A stretch of 64,000 nt of DNA from Alphaproteobacteria bacterium. Its GTDB lineage: Bacteria; Pseudomonadota; Alphaproteobacteria; CAAGCB01; CAG-977. The stretch is taken from NCBI GenBank assembly GCA_900768875.1, contig CAAGEP010000003.1, positions 400,365 to 464,364 of the forward strand, given 5' to 3'. The position numbers and the translations under genes were made by a program. The notes under the pieces are model-generated. The model searched no databases. It saw only the letters and a program-made list of their open reading frames with translations, and was not told where the DNA came from. Shown here piece by piece: positions 48,139-58,474 of this stretch; the first letter of the stretch is position 1; each line of letters starts with the position of its first letter.

Positions 48139-49871
48139 TGCAAAAAAATTTGTTGAAGCGTTTGCTGTCCTTTACGCGTCCTTACCTGTCCCATCTGGCT
48201 TTGGCGTTATTTTTCGCGGTCGTCGGCGTGTCGATGACTTTGTACGCCCCCGTGCTGACGGGACGCGCGATCGATTTGGTCGCCGGCAAAGGCGCGGTCG
48301 ATTTTCAAGCGTTGAAAAAAATCTTGGAAGCTTTGGCGGGCGTTGTCGCAACCGCCGCCCTGTCCCAATGGCTGATGGGGCTTTGCACGAACAAAATCAC
48401 TTATCTGACCGTGCGAGACATTCGCGTCAAGGCGTTCGACCGACTGCAAAAAGTCCCCTTGCGTTTTATCGACACGATGCCGCACGGCGATATTCTCAGC
48501 CGCGTGGCGGTGGACGCGGAACAGGTCGCGGACGGGCTGCTGATGGGCTTTACGCAGCTGTTCACGGGCATTGTCACGATTTTCGGCACAATCGGGTTCA
48601 TGGCGGTCATCAACGTCAAAATAACGCTGTTGGTCGTGTTCGTCACACCGTTGTCGCTGTTCGTCGCGAACTTCATCGCCAAGCGCACTTTCAAATTTTT
48701 CAAAGTACAGTCGGAAACGCGCGGCGAAATGACGGCGCTGATCAACGAAACGGTCGGCAATTTAAAGTTGGTCAAGGCGTTCGGCTATGAAGAAAAATCC
48801 CGCGAAAAATTCGAAGAAATCAACGCCCGACTGCAAAATTGCGGGGTCAAGGCGTTGTTTTTTTCCTCTATCACCAACCCTTGCACCCGCTTTGTCAACG
48901 GCGTGGTTTATACGCTGGTCGGCATCGTCGGGGCGTTGAGCGCGGTCGCCGGTGTTTTAAGCGTCGGTCAGCTGTCGTGCTTTTTAAGCTATGCGAACCA
49001 GTACACAAAACCGTTCAACGAAATATCGGGCGTGATTGCCGAACTGCAAAGCGCGCTGGCGTCCGCGAAACGGCTGTTTGAAATCATCGACGCGACGCCC
49101 GAAACGCCCGACGCCGAAGACGCGAAAATTTTGCGCCGCGCGGACGGAACGGTCGATTTGGAACACGTTTATTTTTCGTACGTTCCCGAAATCAAGCTGA
49201 TTGAAGACTTGTCCCTGAACGTCAAAGCGGGGCAAAAAATCGCCATCGTGGGCAAAACGGGGTGCGGGAAAACGACTTTAATCAACCTGCTGATGCGGTT
49301 TTACGATGTCAACGCGGGCAGCATTTCCGTTTCCAAAACCAACGTTGAAGAAATGACGCGCGACAGCCTGCGCGCCCAATTCGGCATGGTGTTGCAGGAA
49401 ACGTGGCTGAAATCGGGGACGGTGCGGGAAAACATCGCGTACGGCAAGCCCGGCGCGTCCGATTACGAAATCGTTTCCGCCGCGGTCGCCGCGCACGCCG
49501 ACGGATTCATCAAACGCCTGCCCGACGGGTACGACACCGTCATCGGCGAAGACGGCGGCAGTTTGTCGCAAGGACAGAAACAGCTGTTGTGCATTGCCCG
49601 CGCGATGCTGTCCCTGCCGTCCATGCTGATTTTGGATGAAGCGACCAGCTCGATTGACACGCGCACGGAAATTTACGTTCAGAAAGCCTTTGACGAAATG
49701 ATGAAAGGGCGGACAAGCTTTGTCGTCGCGCACAGGCTTTCGACGATTCGCCGCGCCGATTTGATTCTGGTCATGGATTCGGGGCATATCGTCGAACGCG
49801 GCACGCACGCGGAATTACTGGAAAAAGGCGGATTCTACGCGAATCTGTACAACAGCCAATTTGCTGTTTAA
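48138..49871 (+). CDS. ABC exporter half-transporter (TMD-NBD fused), subunit B
   Basis: 577 aa. Walker A GKTGCGKTT, LSQGQKQL, LILDEATS. ATG overlaps the upstream stop codon by 1 nt (TAATG). Confidence 0.9.
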   Translation: MQKNLLKRLLSFTRPYLSHLALALFFAVVGVSMTLYAPVLTGRAIDLVAGKGAVDFQALKKILEALAGVVATAALSQWLMGLCTNKITYLTVRDIRVKAFDRLQKVPLRFIDTMPHGDILSRVAVDAEQVADGLLMGFTQLFTGIVTIFGTIGFMAVINVKITLLVVFVTPLSLFVANFIAKRTFKFFKVQSETRGEMTALINETVGNLKLVKAFGYEEKSREKFEEINARLQNCGVKALFFSSITNPCTRFVNGVVYTLVGIVGALSAVAGVLSVGQLSCFLSYANQYTKPFNEISGVIAELQSALASAKRLFEIIDATPETPDAEDAKILRRADGTVDLEHVYFSYVPEIKLIEDLSLNVKAGQKIAIVGKTGCGKTTLINLLMRFYDVNAGSISVSKTNVEEMTRDSLRAQFGMVLQETWLKSGTVRENIAYGKPGASDYEIVSAAVAAHADGFIKRLPDGYDTVIGEDGGSLSQGQKQLLCIARAMLSLPSMLILDEATSSIDTRTEIYVQKAFDEMMKGRTSFVVAHRLSTIRRADLILVMDSGHIVERGTHAELLEKGGFYANLYNSQFAV

Positions 49872-49933
49872 GGTTGATTTAACTGTTTTACGCTTTTATT
49901 CTGCCGTAAATTGTTTACAAAAGGGATACTCGC

Positions 49934-50905
49934 ATGGCTTTGAAAAACAAAATCATCATCGACACCGATCCGGGGGTGGACGACGCCGTCGCTTTGTTTA
50001 TGGCAATGGCGGACGCCGACACCGACATTCTGGGCATTACCGCCGTCAACGGAAACGTCCCCGTCGAACAGGGCGAATACAACGCTCGCCGAATCTGCAA
50101 TTTTGCTTGGCATTCGGGAATAAAAGTCTTCAAAGGCTGCGACCGTCCCTTGAAACGCTCCGTTGTCAACGCCGAATGGGTGCACGGCAAGGACGGACTG
50201 GCGGGGCTGGATTTCGGGGAACCGACGTACAAGGGCGAATCGACGCCCGCCGTCGACTTTATCATCGATACGATTATGAAATCGACGGAACGCGAAGTAT
50301 CGATTATCGCCATCGGACCTTTGACAAACATTGCGACCGCGTTTTTGAAAGAGCCGAAAATCATTTCCCGCATCCGCGAACTGGTCGTTATGGCGGGCGC
50401 GTTTTGCGAAGACGGACCGCGCGGCAATTCGACGCCTTACGCGGAATTCAACGTGTACGCCGACCCGCACGCCGCTGAAATCGTGTTCGATTTGGGGCAA
50501 AGAATCACCGTTATCCCGATGGAAGTCGGTCAGCAGGCTTATGCGGACGAAGCGTACTTGGAGCATCTGCGCGATTTGAATTCCCGCTGTGCCGCCAAAA
50601 GCGCGGATTTGCTGGAGGAAACGGCGAAAGTCCTTGCCCCTCACCGTCAAAAGATGTCCGAGGAAGGCTTGGCGCCCGAAAACGGCACGTCGCTGTACGA
50701 TCCGTGCGCGATTGCGTGTTTTCTGCGTCCCGCTTTGTTTTCGGGGCGTTACGGCACGGTGCAGGTCAACACCGACACCAAAAGCGAACAGTTCGGCATG
50801 ACGACGTTTGAACAGGGGTCGAAGCGCAACTGTCTGGTCACCTACAAAGTCGACAAAGCTCCGTTCCTGCAAATGGTGGCGGATCATCTGGCGAAATTGT
50901 CATGA
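49934..50905 (+). CDS. Nucleoside hydrolase (IunH/Rih family)
   Basis: N-terminal IIIDTDPGVDDAVAL aspartate cluster. 323 aa. Confidence 0.85.
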   Translation: MALKNKIIIDTDPGVDDAVALFMAMADADTDILGITAVNGNVPVEQGEYNARRICNFAWHSGIKVFKGCDRPLKRSVVNAEWVHGKDGLAGLDFGEPTYKGESTPAVDFIIDTIMKSTEREVSIIAIGPLTNIATAFLKEPKIISRIRELVVMAGAFCEDGPRGNSTPYAEFNVYADPHAAEIVFDLGQRITVIPMEVGQQAYADEAYLEHLRDLNSRCAAKSADLLEETAKVLAPHRQKMSEEGLAPENGTSLYDPCAIACFLRPALFSGRYGTVQVNTDTKSEQFGMTTFEQGSKRNCLVTYKVDKAPFLQMVADHLAKLS

Positions 50906-51888
50906 GCGTTTACGTCGGTCGGCTGTCGGTCGCGCCGATGATGGATTGGACGGACAAACACTTCCGCTTTTTCGCGCGCCGTTTTACCAAGCGAACTTTG
51001 CTTTATACGGAAATGGTTACGGCGCAAGCGGTCGTGTTCGGCGACGCGGAAAAACTGCTGAGCTTCAACCTGCCCGAAAAGCCGCTGATTTTACAGCTGG
51101 GCGGGTCTTCGCCCGAATTGTTGGGCAAAGCGTGCAAAATCGCGCAAAGCTTTGATTACGACGGAATCAACTTAAACGCGGGCTGTCCGTCCGAACGGGT
51201 CAGCGCGGGCAACTTCGGCGCGGCGTTGCGGCAAAACCCCGCCCTTATTGCCGATTGCCTGCAATCGATGAAGGAAAACAGCCGCGTCCCCGTATCTTTG
51301 AAAACCCGCATCGCGCTGGAGGAAACAACGCAAGACTCCGACGGTTACGACGATTTGTGCCGTTTGGCGGAATTGGTCAAGCCTTTGACAACCGACTGGA
51401 TTATCCACGCGCGCAAAGCCCGATTGAAAGGCTTGACACCGAAACAAAACCGCGAACGTCTGCCGCTGAATTACGACTTGGTTTACCGTTTCAAGCGCGA
51501 CTTTCCCGATTTGACCGTTTCAATCAACGGCAACGTCGATTCTTTGGACGCGGCTTTGGCGCATTTAAAGCACGTCGACGGCGTGATGATCGGACGCGCG
51601 GCGTATGCGAACCCCGCTTTGCTGGCCGAAGCGGACGCAAAAATCTACGGGGAAAGCACCGCCCCCGTTTCAGCCGTCGACGCGGTGCTGCAAATGCGTT
51701 CGTACATCGAACAACAGCTGGCGCAAGGCGTGCGATTAAACGCCGTAACCCGCCACATGCTCGGAATTTTCAAAGGCTGCGCGGGCGCGGCGGCGTGGCG
51801 CAGGACGCTGACGGAAAACGCCGTTTTGCCCGACGCCGACTTTAAAGTTGTTGCACAAGCTTTAAAGAGTGTTATACCTATTAACTGA
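50902..51888 (+). CDS. dusA: tRNA-dihydrouridine(20/20a) synthase
   Basis: SVAPMMDWTDKHFRFF and LNAGCPS motifs. ATGA overlap with the upstream gene. Confidence 0.9.
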   Translation: MSVYVGRLSVAPMMDWTDKHFRFFARRFTKRTLLYTEMVTAQAVVFGDAEKLLSFNLPEKPLILQLGGSSPELLGKACKIAQSFDYDGINLNAGCPSERVSAGNFGAALRQNPALIADCLQSMKENSRVPVSLKTRIALEETTQDSDGYDDLCRLAELVKPLTTDWIIHARKARLKGLTPKQNRERLPLNYDLVYRFKRDFPDLTVSINGNVDSLDAALAHLKHVDGVMIGRAAYANPALLAEADAKIYGESTAPVSAVDAVLQMRSYIEQQLAQGVRLNAVTRHMLGIFKGCAGAAAWRRTLTENAVLPDADFKVVAQALKSVIPIN

Positions 51889-51912
51889 ATTTTAATCATC
51901 AAAAGGACACGA

Positions 51913-52536
51913 ATGATGAGCGATACGACACTTTTAATCCTTTCCGCCGTCATCGGCTATGTGCTGGGTTCGATTCCGTTCGGGATTCTGCTGACCCGCA
52001 TGGCGGGACTGGGCGACATCCGCAAAATCGGTTCGGGCAACATCGGCGCGACGAATGTTTTGCGCACGGGACGCAAGGATTTGGCTTTGCTGACGCTGAT
52101 ATTGGATTCGGGCAAAGCGGCTTTGGCGGCGTTCATCGCGGCGAATTGCGTTCCCGAAGAAGGCGTCAGCGACACGGCGGCTTTGATTGCCGGCACGGCG
52201 GGCGTTTTGGGACACAACTTTCCGATTTGGCTGAAGTTCAAAGGCGGCAAAGGCGTCGCGGCGACTTTGGGCGTTTTGCTCTACACCTGTTGGGAGGTCG
52301 GCTTGGCATCGTGCGTAACGTGGCTGGTCATGGCTTTGCTGTTCCGCTATTCGTCGCTGTCGGCTTTGGCGGCTTTGATTTTGGCGCCCGTTTACGCGTA
52401 TTTCTTCGCCACGCCCGAATTTGTGTACTTTTACAGCTTTCTGGCGGTTTTGGCGGTTATTCGCCACCATGAAAACATCCGCAGACTGCTTCGCGGCGAA
52501 GAATCGAAAATCAAGCTGAAGAAAAAAGCCGCATGA
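51913..52536 (+). CDS. plsY: Glycerol-3-phosphate acyltransferase PlsY
   Basis: GSIPFG, GSGNIGATNVLR and KGGKGVAT motifs. Confidence 0.9.
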   Translation: MMSDTTLLILSAVIGYVLGSIPFGILLTRMAGLGDIRKIGSGNIGATNVLRTGRKDLALLTLILDSGKAALAAFIAANCVPEEGVSDTAALIAGTAGVLGHNFPIWLKFKGGKGVAATLGVLLYTCWEVGLASCVTWLVMALLFRYSSLSALAALILAPVYAYFFATPEFVYFYSFLAVLAVIRHHENIRRLLRGEESKIKLKKKAA

Positions 52537-53654
52537 TGGATGCCGAAAAAATCGCCAAAGTGCGCCTGATACGAACCGAAAATGTCGGTGTTGCGACGTT
52601 TTCGGCGCTGATGACGCGCTTCGGTTCGGCACAAGAAGCGTTGCTTCACCTGCCTGATTTTGCGCGGCTCGGCGGGCGCAAGCGTCCGTTGAACGTTTAT
52701 TCCGAATCGGCTGCGGCCGCGGAAATCGACCGCCTGTACAACGCAGGCGGCGAAATGCTGTTCAAGGACGACGCGGATTATCCCGCTTTGCTCAAGCCTC
52801 TGCCCGACGCGCCGCCCGTGCTGTCCGTTCTGGGCAACAAAGCGCTGTTCAACGGTCCGTCCGTCGCCGTCGTCGGCACGCGCAACGCGACGATTAACGG
52901 CAAAAAAACAGCCCGCACGATTGCCAACGATTTGGTCAAGTCGGGCTACACGGTCGTTTCGGGCTTGGCGGTCGGCATTGACGCCGCCGCGCACGAAGGC
53001 GCGCTGTTTGACGCGACCCCGAAAGCGTCCACCGTCGCCGTTTTGGGAACGGGGCTGAACATCCCCTACCCCGCGCAAAACCGCAGACTGTACGACGAAA
53101 TCCGCGAAAAAGGACTGCTGGTTTCCGAATACGCCTTGGACACCAAGCCGCAGCCCGCGAACTTTCCGCACAGGAACAGGATTATTTCGGGCATAGCGAA
53201 CGGTCTGGTCGTGATAGAAGCGACTTTGCGTTCGGGGTCTTTGATTACCGCCAACCGCGCGTTGGAACAGGGCAAGGAAGTCTTCGCCGTTCCCGCCACG
53301 CCGACGGACGAACGCGCGAAAGGCGTCAACCACTTGATTAAAACGGGCGCGCCGCTGGTTGAATCCGCCGACGACATCATCGCTCATCTGACGGGATTGC
53401 CGATGCTGTCTTTGAACGAAGCGATTGAGCGCGAATCCGTCAAAAATCCCGTTGAAACGGTCGAACAGACAGAGCTTTCCGCAACGGACTTGCTGGAAAA
53501 ACTGGACGGCACGCCGACCGATTTGGACGCTTTGATACGCGAAACGGGCTTGCCAGCGCCCGCAATTTCCGTTTTATTAGTAGAGCTGGAACTCGCCGGA
53601 CGAATCGAACGTCTGCCGGGGAACCGAATTATCCGCATATCCACAGGACAATGA
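52533..53654 (+). CDS. dprA: DNA-processing protein DprA
   Basis: 373 aa. Rossmann-like core (VVSGLAVGIDAAAHEGAL, RNRIISG). ATGA overlap with plsY. Confidence 0.9.
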   Translation: MMDAEKIAKVRLIRTENVGVATFSALMTRFGSAQEALLHLPDFARLGGRKRPLNVYSESAAAAEIDRLYNAGGEMLFKDDADYPALLKPLPDAPPVLSVLGNKALFNGPSVAVVGTRNATINGKKTARTIANDLVKSGYTVVSGLAVGIDAAAHEGALFDATPKASTVAVLGTGLNIPYPAQNRRLYDEIREKGLLVSEYALDTKPQPANFPHRNRIISGIANGLVVIEATLRSGSLITANRALEQGKEVFAVPATPTDERAKGVNHLIKTGAPLVESADDIIAHLTGLPMLSLNEAIERESVKNPVETVEQTELSATDLLEKLDGTPTDLDALIRETGLPAPAISVLLVELELAGRIERLPGNRIIRISTGQ

Positions 53655-53657
53655 AAC

Positions 53658-56276
53658 ATGGACGTCGTTATTGTAGAATCTCCCGCAAAAGCCAAGACGA
53701 TTAACAAATATCTGGGCAGCAATTACGAAGTGATTGCCAGCTTCGGGCATATTCGCGATTTGCCCGCCAAAAACGGATCGGTTCGCCCCGACGAAGATTT
53801 CGCCATGGATTGGGCGATTGAACCCAAGGACGAAAAACACATCAAAGCCATTGCCTCTTTGGTCGCCAAAGCGGACACCGTCTACCTCGCAACCGACCCG
53901 GATAGAGAGGGGGAAGCCATCGCTTGGCACGTTTTGCAGGAACTGACCAAACGCGGCAAGCTGAAAAACAAAAACGTCAAGCGCGTCGTGTTCAACGAAA
54001 TCACGAAATCGGCGGTCACGAACGCGATGAAAAATCCGCGCGTCATCGATATGCCGCTGGTTGACGCGTATCTGGCGCGCCGCGCTTTGGATTATCTGGT
54101 GGGCTTTACGATTTCGCCCGTTTTGTGGCGCAAGCTGCCGGGCAGCCGTTCGGCGGGACGCGTGCAGTCGGTCGCTTTACGCTTGGTCTGCGACCGCGAA
54201 AACGAAATCGAAGCGTTCAAACCGCAGGAATACTGGACGATTGACGCCGACTTTATGACGCCCAAAGCCGACTTGTTCACCGCTCATCTGTCCGTTTTGA
54301 ACGGCAAAAAACTGGGCAAGTTCACTTTAGGAAACGAAGCGGACGCAAAAGCCGCCGAATCCGCCATCAAAGCCGCGAACTTCGACGTCGGCGCGATAGA
54401 GCGCAAAACCGTTAAACGCTCCCCCGCCCCGCCGTTTACAACATCGACTTTACAGCAGGAAGCGGCGCGCAAGCTGTTCTTTTCCGCCAAAAAAACGATG
54501 CAGCTGGCGCAACAGTTGTACGAAGGCGTCGACATCGGCGGCGAAACGGTGGGCTTGATTACCTATATGCGTACCGACGGCATCCAAATGGCGCAGGAAG
54601 CGATTAACGAAGCGCGCGCCGTCATCGACGAAGAATTCGGCGGCAAATACCTGCCCGAAAAGCCGCGCTATTACAAAAACAACGTCAAAAACGCGCAGGA
54701 AGCGCACGAAGCCATCCGCCCGACGTCTTTGCACCGCAAGCCCGAATTCGTCGCCCGTTTCCTGAACAAAGACCAAAAAGCCCTGTACGAACTGGTGTAC
54801 AAGCGCGCTTTGGCGTGCCAGATGCAAAACGCGGAAATCGACAAAGTCGCCGTCGACTGCCCGTCCCGCGACGGCTCCATCGTCATGCGCGCAACGGGAC
54901 AAACGATTGCGTTTGACGGCTTTTTGAAAGTGTACTTTGAAGATTCCGACGACGCGGACGACGAAAACAACACGCTGTTGCCGCCGCTTTCGACGGGCGA
55001 CGCTTTGGAACAAAAAGCCGTCCGCCCCGAACAGCACTTCACCCAGCCCCCGCCCCGCTATTCGGAAGCGAGCCTTGTCAAAAAACTGGAAGAACTGGGT
55101 ATCGGCAGACCGTCCACTTACGCGTCGATTTTGTCGGTTTTGCAGGACAGACAGTACGTCCGTTTGGAAAAACGCCGCTTCATTCCCGAAGACCGCGGCA
55201 GAATCGTTACCGTGTTTATGGAAAACTTCTTTAACAAATACGTTCAATACGACTTTACGGCGGATTTGGAAAACGCGCTGGACGACGTGTCGGCGGGAAA
55301 ACTGAACTGGAAAACCTTGTTGCGCGATTTCTGGGACGCGTTCGACCAAACGGTCAAATCGGTCGAACCGCTGACGATTACGGATGTTTTGAACACTTTG
55401 CAGGACTGTTTGTCCGAACACCTGTTCCCGACGCCCGAATCCCGAATCTGCCCCGAATGCGGCAAGGAAAAAGGCGGCGTACTCAGCCTTAAAATCGGAA
55501 AATTCGGCGCGTTTGTCGGGTGTTCCAACTATCCCGAATGCCGCTACACCCGCCCGTTCGGCGGCGAAACAAGCGGCGACCGTTCGACGGAAGAACCCGA
55601 CCGCCGCCTGCTGGGAACCGCGCCCGACGGCGAAGAAGTCTTTGTCCGCAAAGGACCTTACGGCTACTATGTCCAGCAAGGCGAGGACGCGCCTAAGAAA
55701 AAAGGCGAAAAATCAACGACGAAACGCATGTCTTTGCCGCGCAACATGCCGCCCGCGGAATTGACTTTGCAGGACGCTCTGGCTCTGCTGGAGCTGCCCC
55801 GCACGCTGGGATCGGACGACAACGGGCAAACCGTTTCGGCGGGAATCGGGCGTTTCGGTCCGTACTTGAAACTCGGCAGCACGTTCAAGTCCCTGCCCGC
55901 GTCGGAAAACATCCTCACCGTCGACCTGCCCCGCGCTCTGGAACTGCTGGCGACGGCGAAAGCCAAAGTTCCGCCGCAGGAAATCGGCACGCATCCCGCC
56001 GACGGCAAGCCGATTGTCACGGCTTCGGGACGGTTTGGTCCTTACGTCAAGCACGGCAGTGTAATCGCGTCCGTCCCCAAAGCGATTCGCGACGAAAACC
56101 GCGCTCCGACGCTGGAGGAAGCGATTGAGCTGTTAAACGCCAAAGCCGAAAAGAGCGGCGCGAAAAAATCCGCCAAAACAACGGAAAAGAAAACCGCCGC
56201 AAAAAAAACGACCGCTAAAAAAGCGACGGCGAAAAAAACGACCCGCAAAACAACCAAAAAAACGGTGACGGAATGA
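53658..56276 (+). CDS. topA: DNA topoisomerase I with a Lys-rich C-terminal tail
   Basis: 872 aa. TOPRIM (VIVESPAKAKTI), active-site region LITYMRTDG, Zn-ribbon CPECGK...C. Confidence 0.97.
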   Translation: MDVVIVESPAKAKTINKYLGSNYEVIASFGHIRDLPAKNGSVRPDEDFAMDWAIEPKDEKHIKAIASLVAKADTVYLATDPDREGEAIAWHVLQELTKRGKLKNKNVKRVVFNEITKSAVTNAMKNPRVIDMPLVDAYLARRALDYLVGFTISPVLWRKLPGSRSAGRVQSVALRLVCDRENEIEAFKPQEYWTIDADFMTPKADLFTAHLSVLNGKKLGKFTLGNEADAKAAESAIKAANFDVGAIERKTVKRSPAPPFTTSTLQQEAARKLFFSAKKTMQLAQQLYEGVDIGGETVGLITYMRTDGIQMAQEAINEARAVIDEEFGGKYLPEKPRYYKNNVKNAQEAHEAIRPTSLHRKPEFVARFLNKDQKALYELVYKRALACQMQNAEIDKVAVDCPSRDGSIVMRATGQTIAFDGFLKVYFEDSDDADDENNTLLPPLSTGDALEQKAVRPEQHFTQPPPRYSEASLVKKLEELGIGRPSTYASILSVLQDRQYVRLEKRRFIPEDRGRIVTVFMENFFNKYVQYDFTADLENALDDVSAGKLNWKTLLRDFWDAFDQTVKSVEPLTITDVLNTLQDCLSEHLFPTPESRICPECGKEKGGVLSLKIGKFGAFVGCSNYPECRYTRPFGGETSGDRSTEEPDRRLLGTAPDGEEVFVRKGPYGYYVQQGEDAPKKKGEKSTTKRMSLPRNMPPAELTLQDALALLELPRTLGSDDNGQTVSAGIGRFGPYLKLGSTFKSLPASENILTVDLPRALELLATAKAKVPPQEIGTHPADGKPIVTASGRFGPYVKHGSVIASVPKAIRDENRAPTLEEAIELLNAKAEKSGAKKSAKTTEKKTAAKKTTAKKATAKKTTRKTTKKTVTE

Positions 56277-58471
56277 GCAAATCCAAACAGCCTTTGCCGA
56301 CCATGGACGACATTGTCGCTTATTTGAACAACAATTCGGGCAAGGTCGGCAAACGTGAAATCGCCCGCGCGTTCAACGTTCGCGGCGACGACCGCGTCAA
56401 GCTCAAAGAAATGCTCAAAGAACTGAAATCGTCGGGCAAAATCGAAAAATCGGACGGCAAGAAAATGATTCCCGCCGACGGTCTGCCCGAACAATGTCCG
56501 TGCGAAATCACGGGCATCGACAGCGACGGCGAATTGGTCGCCCGCCCGCTGAATTGGAACAAACCGACGCCCGCGCCGCAAATTCTGATTACGGACTTGG
56601 GACGACTGCGCCCTCCCCCGAAAGAAGGCGATTTTGTCATTTTAAAGCTTCATCCCGCGGGCAAACGCTTTTTTCACGGGGCGGTTTTGCGCCGTTTGTC
56701 GGACAAGCCGAACCGCGTTGTCGGGCTGTTTGACACGACGGGCGGCAAAGGCGGTCATATTTTATCCGTCGACCGCCGCCTGCATCAGGACTACATCGTC
56801 GATTCCCTGCATACGAACGGCGCGAAAAACGGCGATGTCGTGGTTGCGGAGGTTATCGGTTCAGCCCTCAAGCAAACCGCCCGCAAAGCCAAAGTCGTCC
56901 AAATCATCGGCAAGGCGAACGCCCCCAAAGCCGCCAGTTTGATTGCCATAGCCCTGCACGGCATTCCGACGGAATTTTCGGCGGAAGCGTTGAAACAGGC
57001 GAAAAAAGCCAAACTGCCCGATATGAAAAAACGCGTTGATTTACGCGACATTCCGCTGGTTACCATTGACGGCGAAGACGCGCGCGACTTTGACGACGCG
57101 ATTTTTGCCGAACCCGACAAAGACGGCTGGCACTTAATCGTCGCGATTGCCGATGTCGCTTATTTCGTCCGTCCGCACGAACCGCTGGATTTGTGCGCGC
57201 GCGAACGCGGCAACTCGGTTTACTTCCCCGACCGATGCGTCCCCATGCTGCCCGAAGAACTGTCGACGGACTTGTGTTCTTTGAAACCGAACGAAGACCG
57301 CCCCTGCATTGCGGCGCATTTGTGGATTAACAAAAACGGCAAGTTGCAAAAATCGAAATTCGTGCGCGCCGTCATGCGATCCGCCGCGCGGCTGAACTAT
57401 CACGAAGTCCAAGCGGTCTTTGACGGCAAAATGCCCGAAATGAACGACGATTTGCGCCGTCATCTGCTGGATTTGCAGGGGGCGTACAAAGCGCTTGCCG
57501 CCGCGCGGGAAAAACGCGGGGCTTTGGAACTGGACGTCATCGAACGCGAAATCACCTTGAACGACAAGGGGCAAATCACCGACATCCGCCCGCGCGAACG
57601 GCTGGACAGCCATAAAACGGTCGAAGAATTCATGATTGCCGCGAACGTCGCCGCCGCCCAAACGCTGGAAGCACACGACATCCCCGCGATGTACCGCGTC
57701 CACGAACCGCCAAGCGCGGACAAAGCCGAAGCGTTGCGGACGTTTTTAAGCTCCGTCGGACTGAAAGTTCAGCACGCCGATCAGGAAAGTTTGAACAAAG
57801 TCCTTGAAAAAGTCAAAGGAACGCCGCGCGCCTACATGGTCAACGAACTGGTCTTGCGTTCCCAAAGCCAAGCGCGCTACAGCCCCGAAAACCTGGGACA
57901 TTTCGGCTTGGCGCTGGACAAGTACGCGCACTTTACGTCGCCGATTCGCCGCTATGCGGATTTGCTGGTTCACCGCGGATTGATTTCCGCCTTGAAGCTC
58001 GGCAACGACGGCTTAATCGACGAAAACGGCGATTTAACCGCGGATTTGGAGGATGTCGGCGAACATATCTCCGCCACGGAACGCCGCGCCGCCGCCGCGG
58101 AACGCGATGCCGAAGAACGCTATCTGTCCGCTTACTTAAAGGACAGAATCGGCGAACGGTTCGGCGGAATTATCAACGGAGTCAGCCGTTTCGGACTGTT
58201 TGTCACGCTTGACGGAATCGGCGCGGACGGACTTATCCCCATCAGCACGCTTCCCAACGATTTCTATGTGCACGAAGAAGAACGCCACCGCCTTTACGGC
58301 GCGAACACGGGCAACACTTACGAACTGGGCGAACACGTCGAAATGATTTTGGCGGAAGCAACGCCCGTCACGGGCGGTCTGCTGTTTCACCTGTTGGACG
58401 CGGGTGTGAAAAAAACGCGCAAACCCGCTCCGAAAAAAACGCGCTCGCCCGCCAAGCGCAAAAGGAAGTAA
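56273..58471 (+). CDS. rnr: Ribonuclease R
   Basis: 732 aa. RNB domain (IDGEDARDFDDA, HFGL, YAHFTSPIRRYADL), S1 domain, and a basic tail. ATGA overlap with topA. Confidence 0.95.
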   Translation: MSKSKQPLPTMDDIVAYLNNNSGKVGKREIARAFNVRGDDRVKLKEMLKELKSSGKIEKSDGKKMIPADGLPEQCPCEITGIDSDGELVARPLNWNKPTPAPQILITDLGRLRPPPKEGDFVILKLHPAGKRFFHGAVLRRLSDKPNRVVGLFDTTGGKGGHILSVDRRLHQDYIVDSLHTNGAKNGDVVVAEVIGSALKQTARKAKVVQIIGKANAPKAASLIAIALHGIPTEFSAEALKQAKKAKLPDMKKRVDLRDIPLVTIDGEDARDFDDAIFAEPDKDGWHLIVAIADVAYFVRPHEPLDLCARERGNSVYFPDRCVPMLPEELSTDLCSLKPNEDRPCIAAHLWINKNGKLQKSKFVRAVMRSAARLNYHEVQAVFDGKMPEMNDDLRRHLLDLQGAYKALAAAREKRGALELDVIEREITLNDKGQITDIRPRERLDSHKTVEEFMIAANVAAAQTLEAHDIPAMYRVHEPPSADKAEALRTFLSSVGLKVQHADQESLNKVLEKVKGTPRAYMVNELVLRSQSQARYSPENLGHFGLALDKYAHFTSPIRRYADLLVHRGLISALKLGNDGLIDENGDLTADLEDVGEHISATERRAAAAERDAEERYLSAYLKDRIGERFGGIINGVSRFGLFVTLDGIGADGLIPISTLPNDFYVHEEERHRLYGANTGNTYELGEHVEMILAEATPVTGGLLFHLLDAGVKKTRKPAPKKTRSPAKRKRK

Positions 58472-58474
58472 GCC

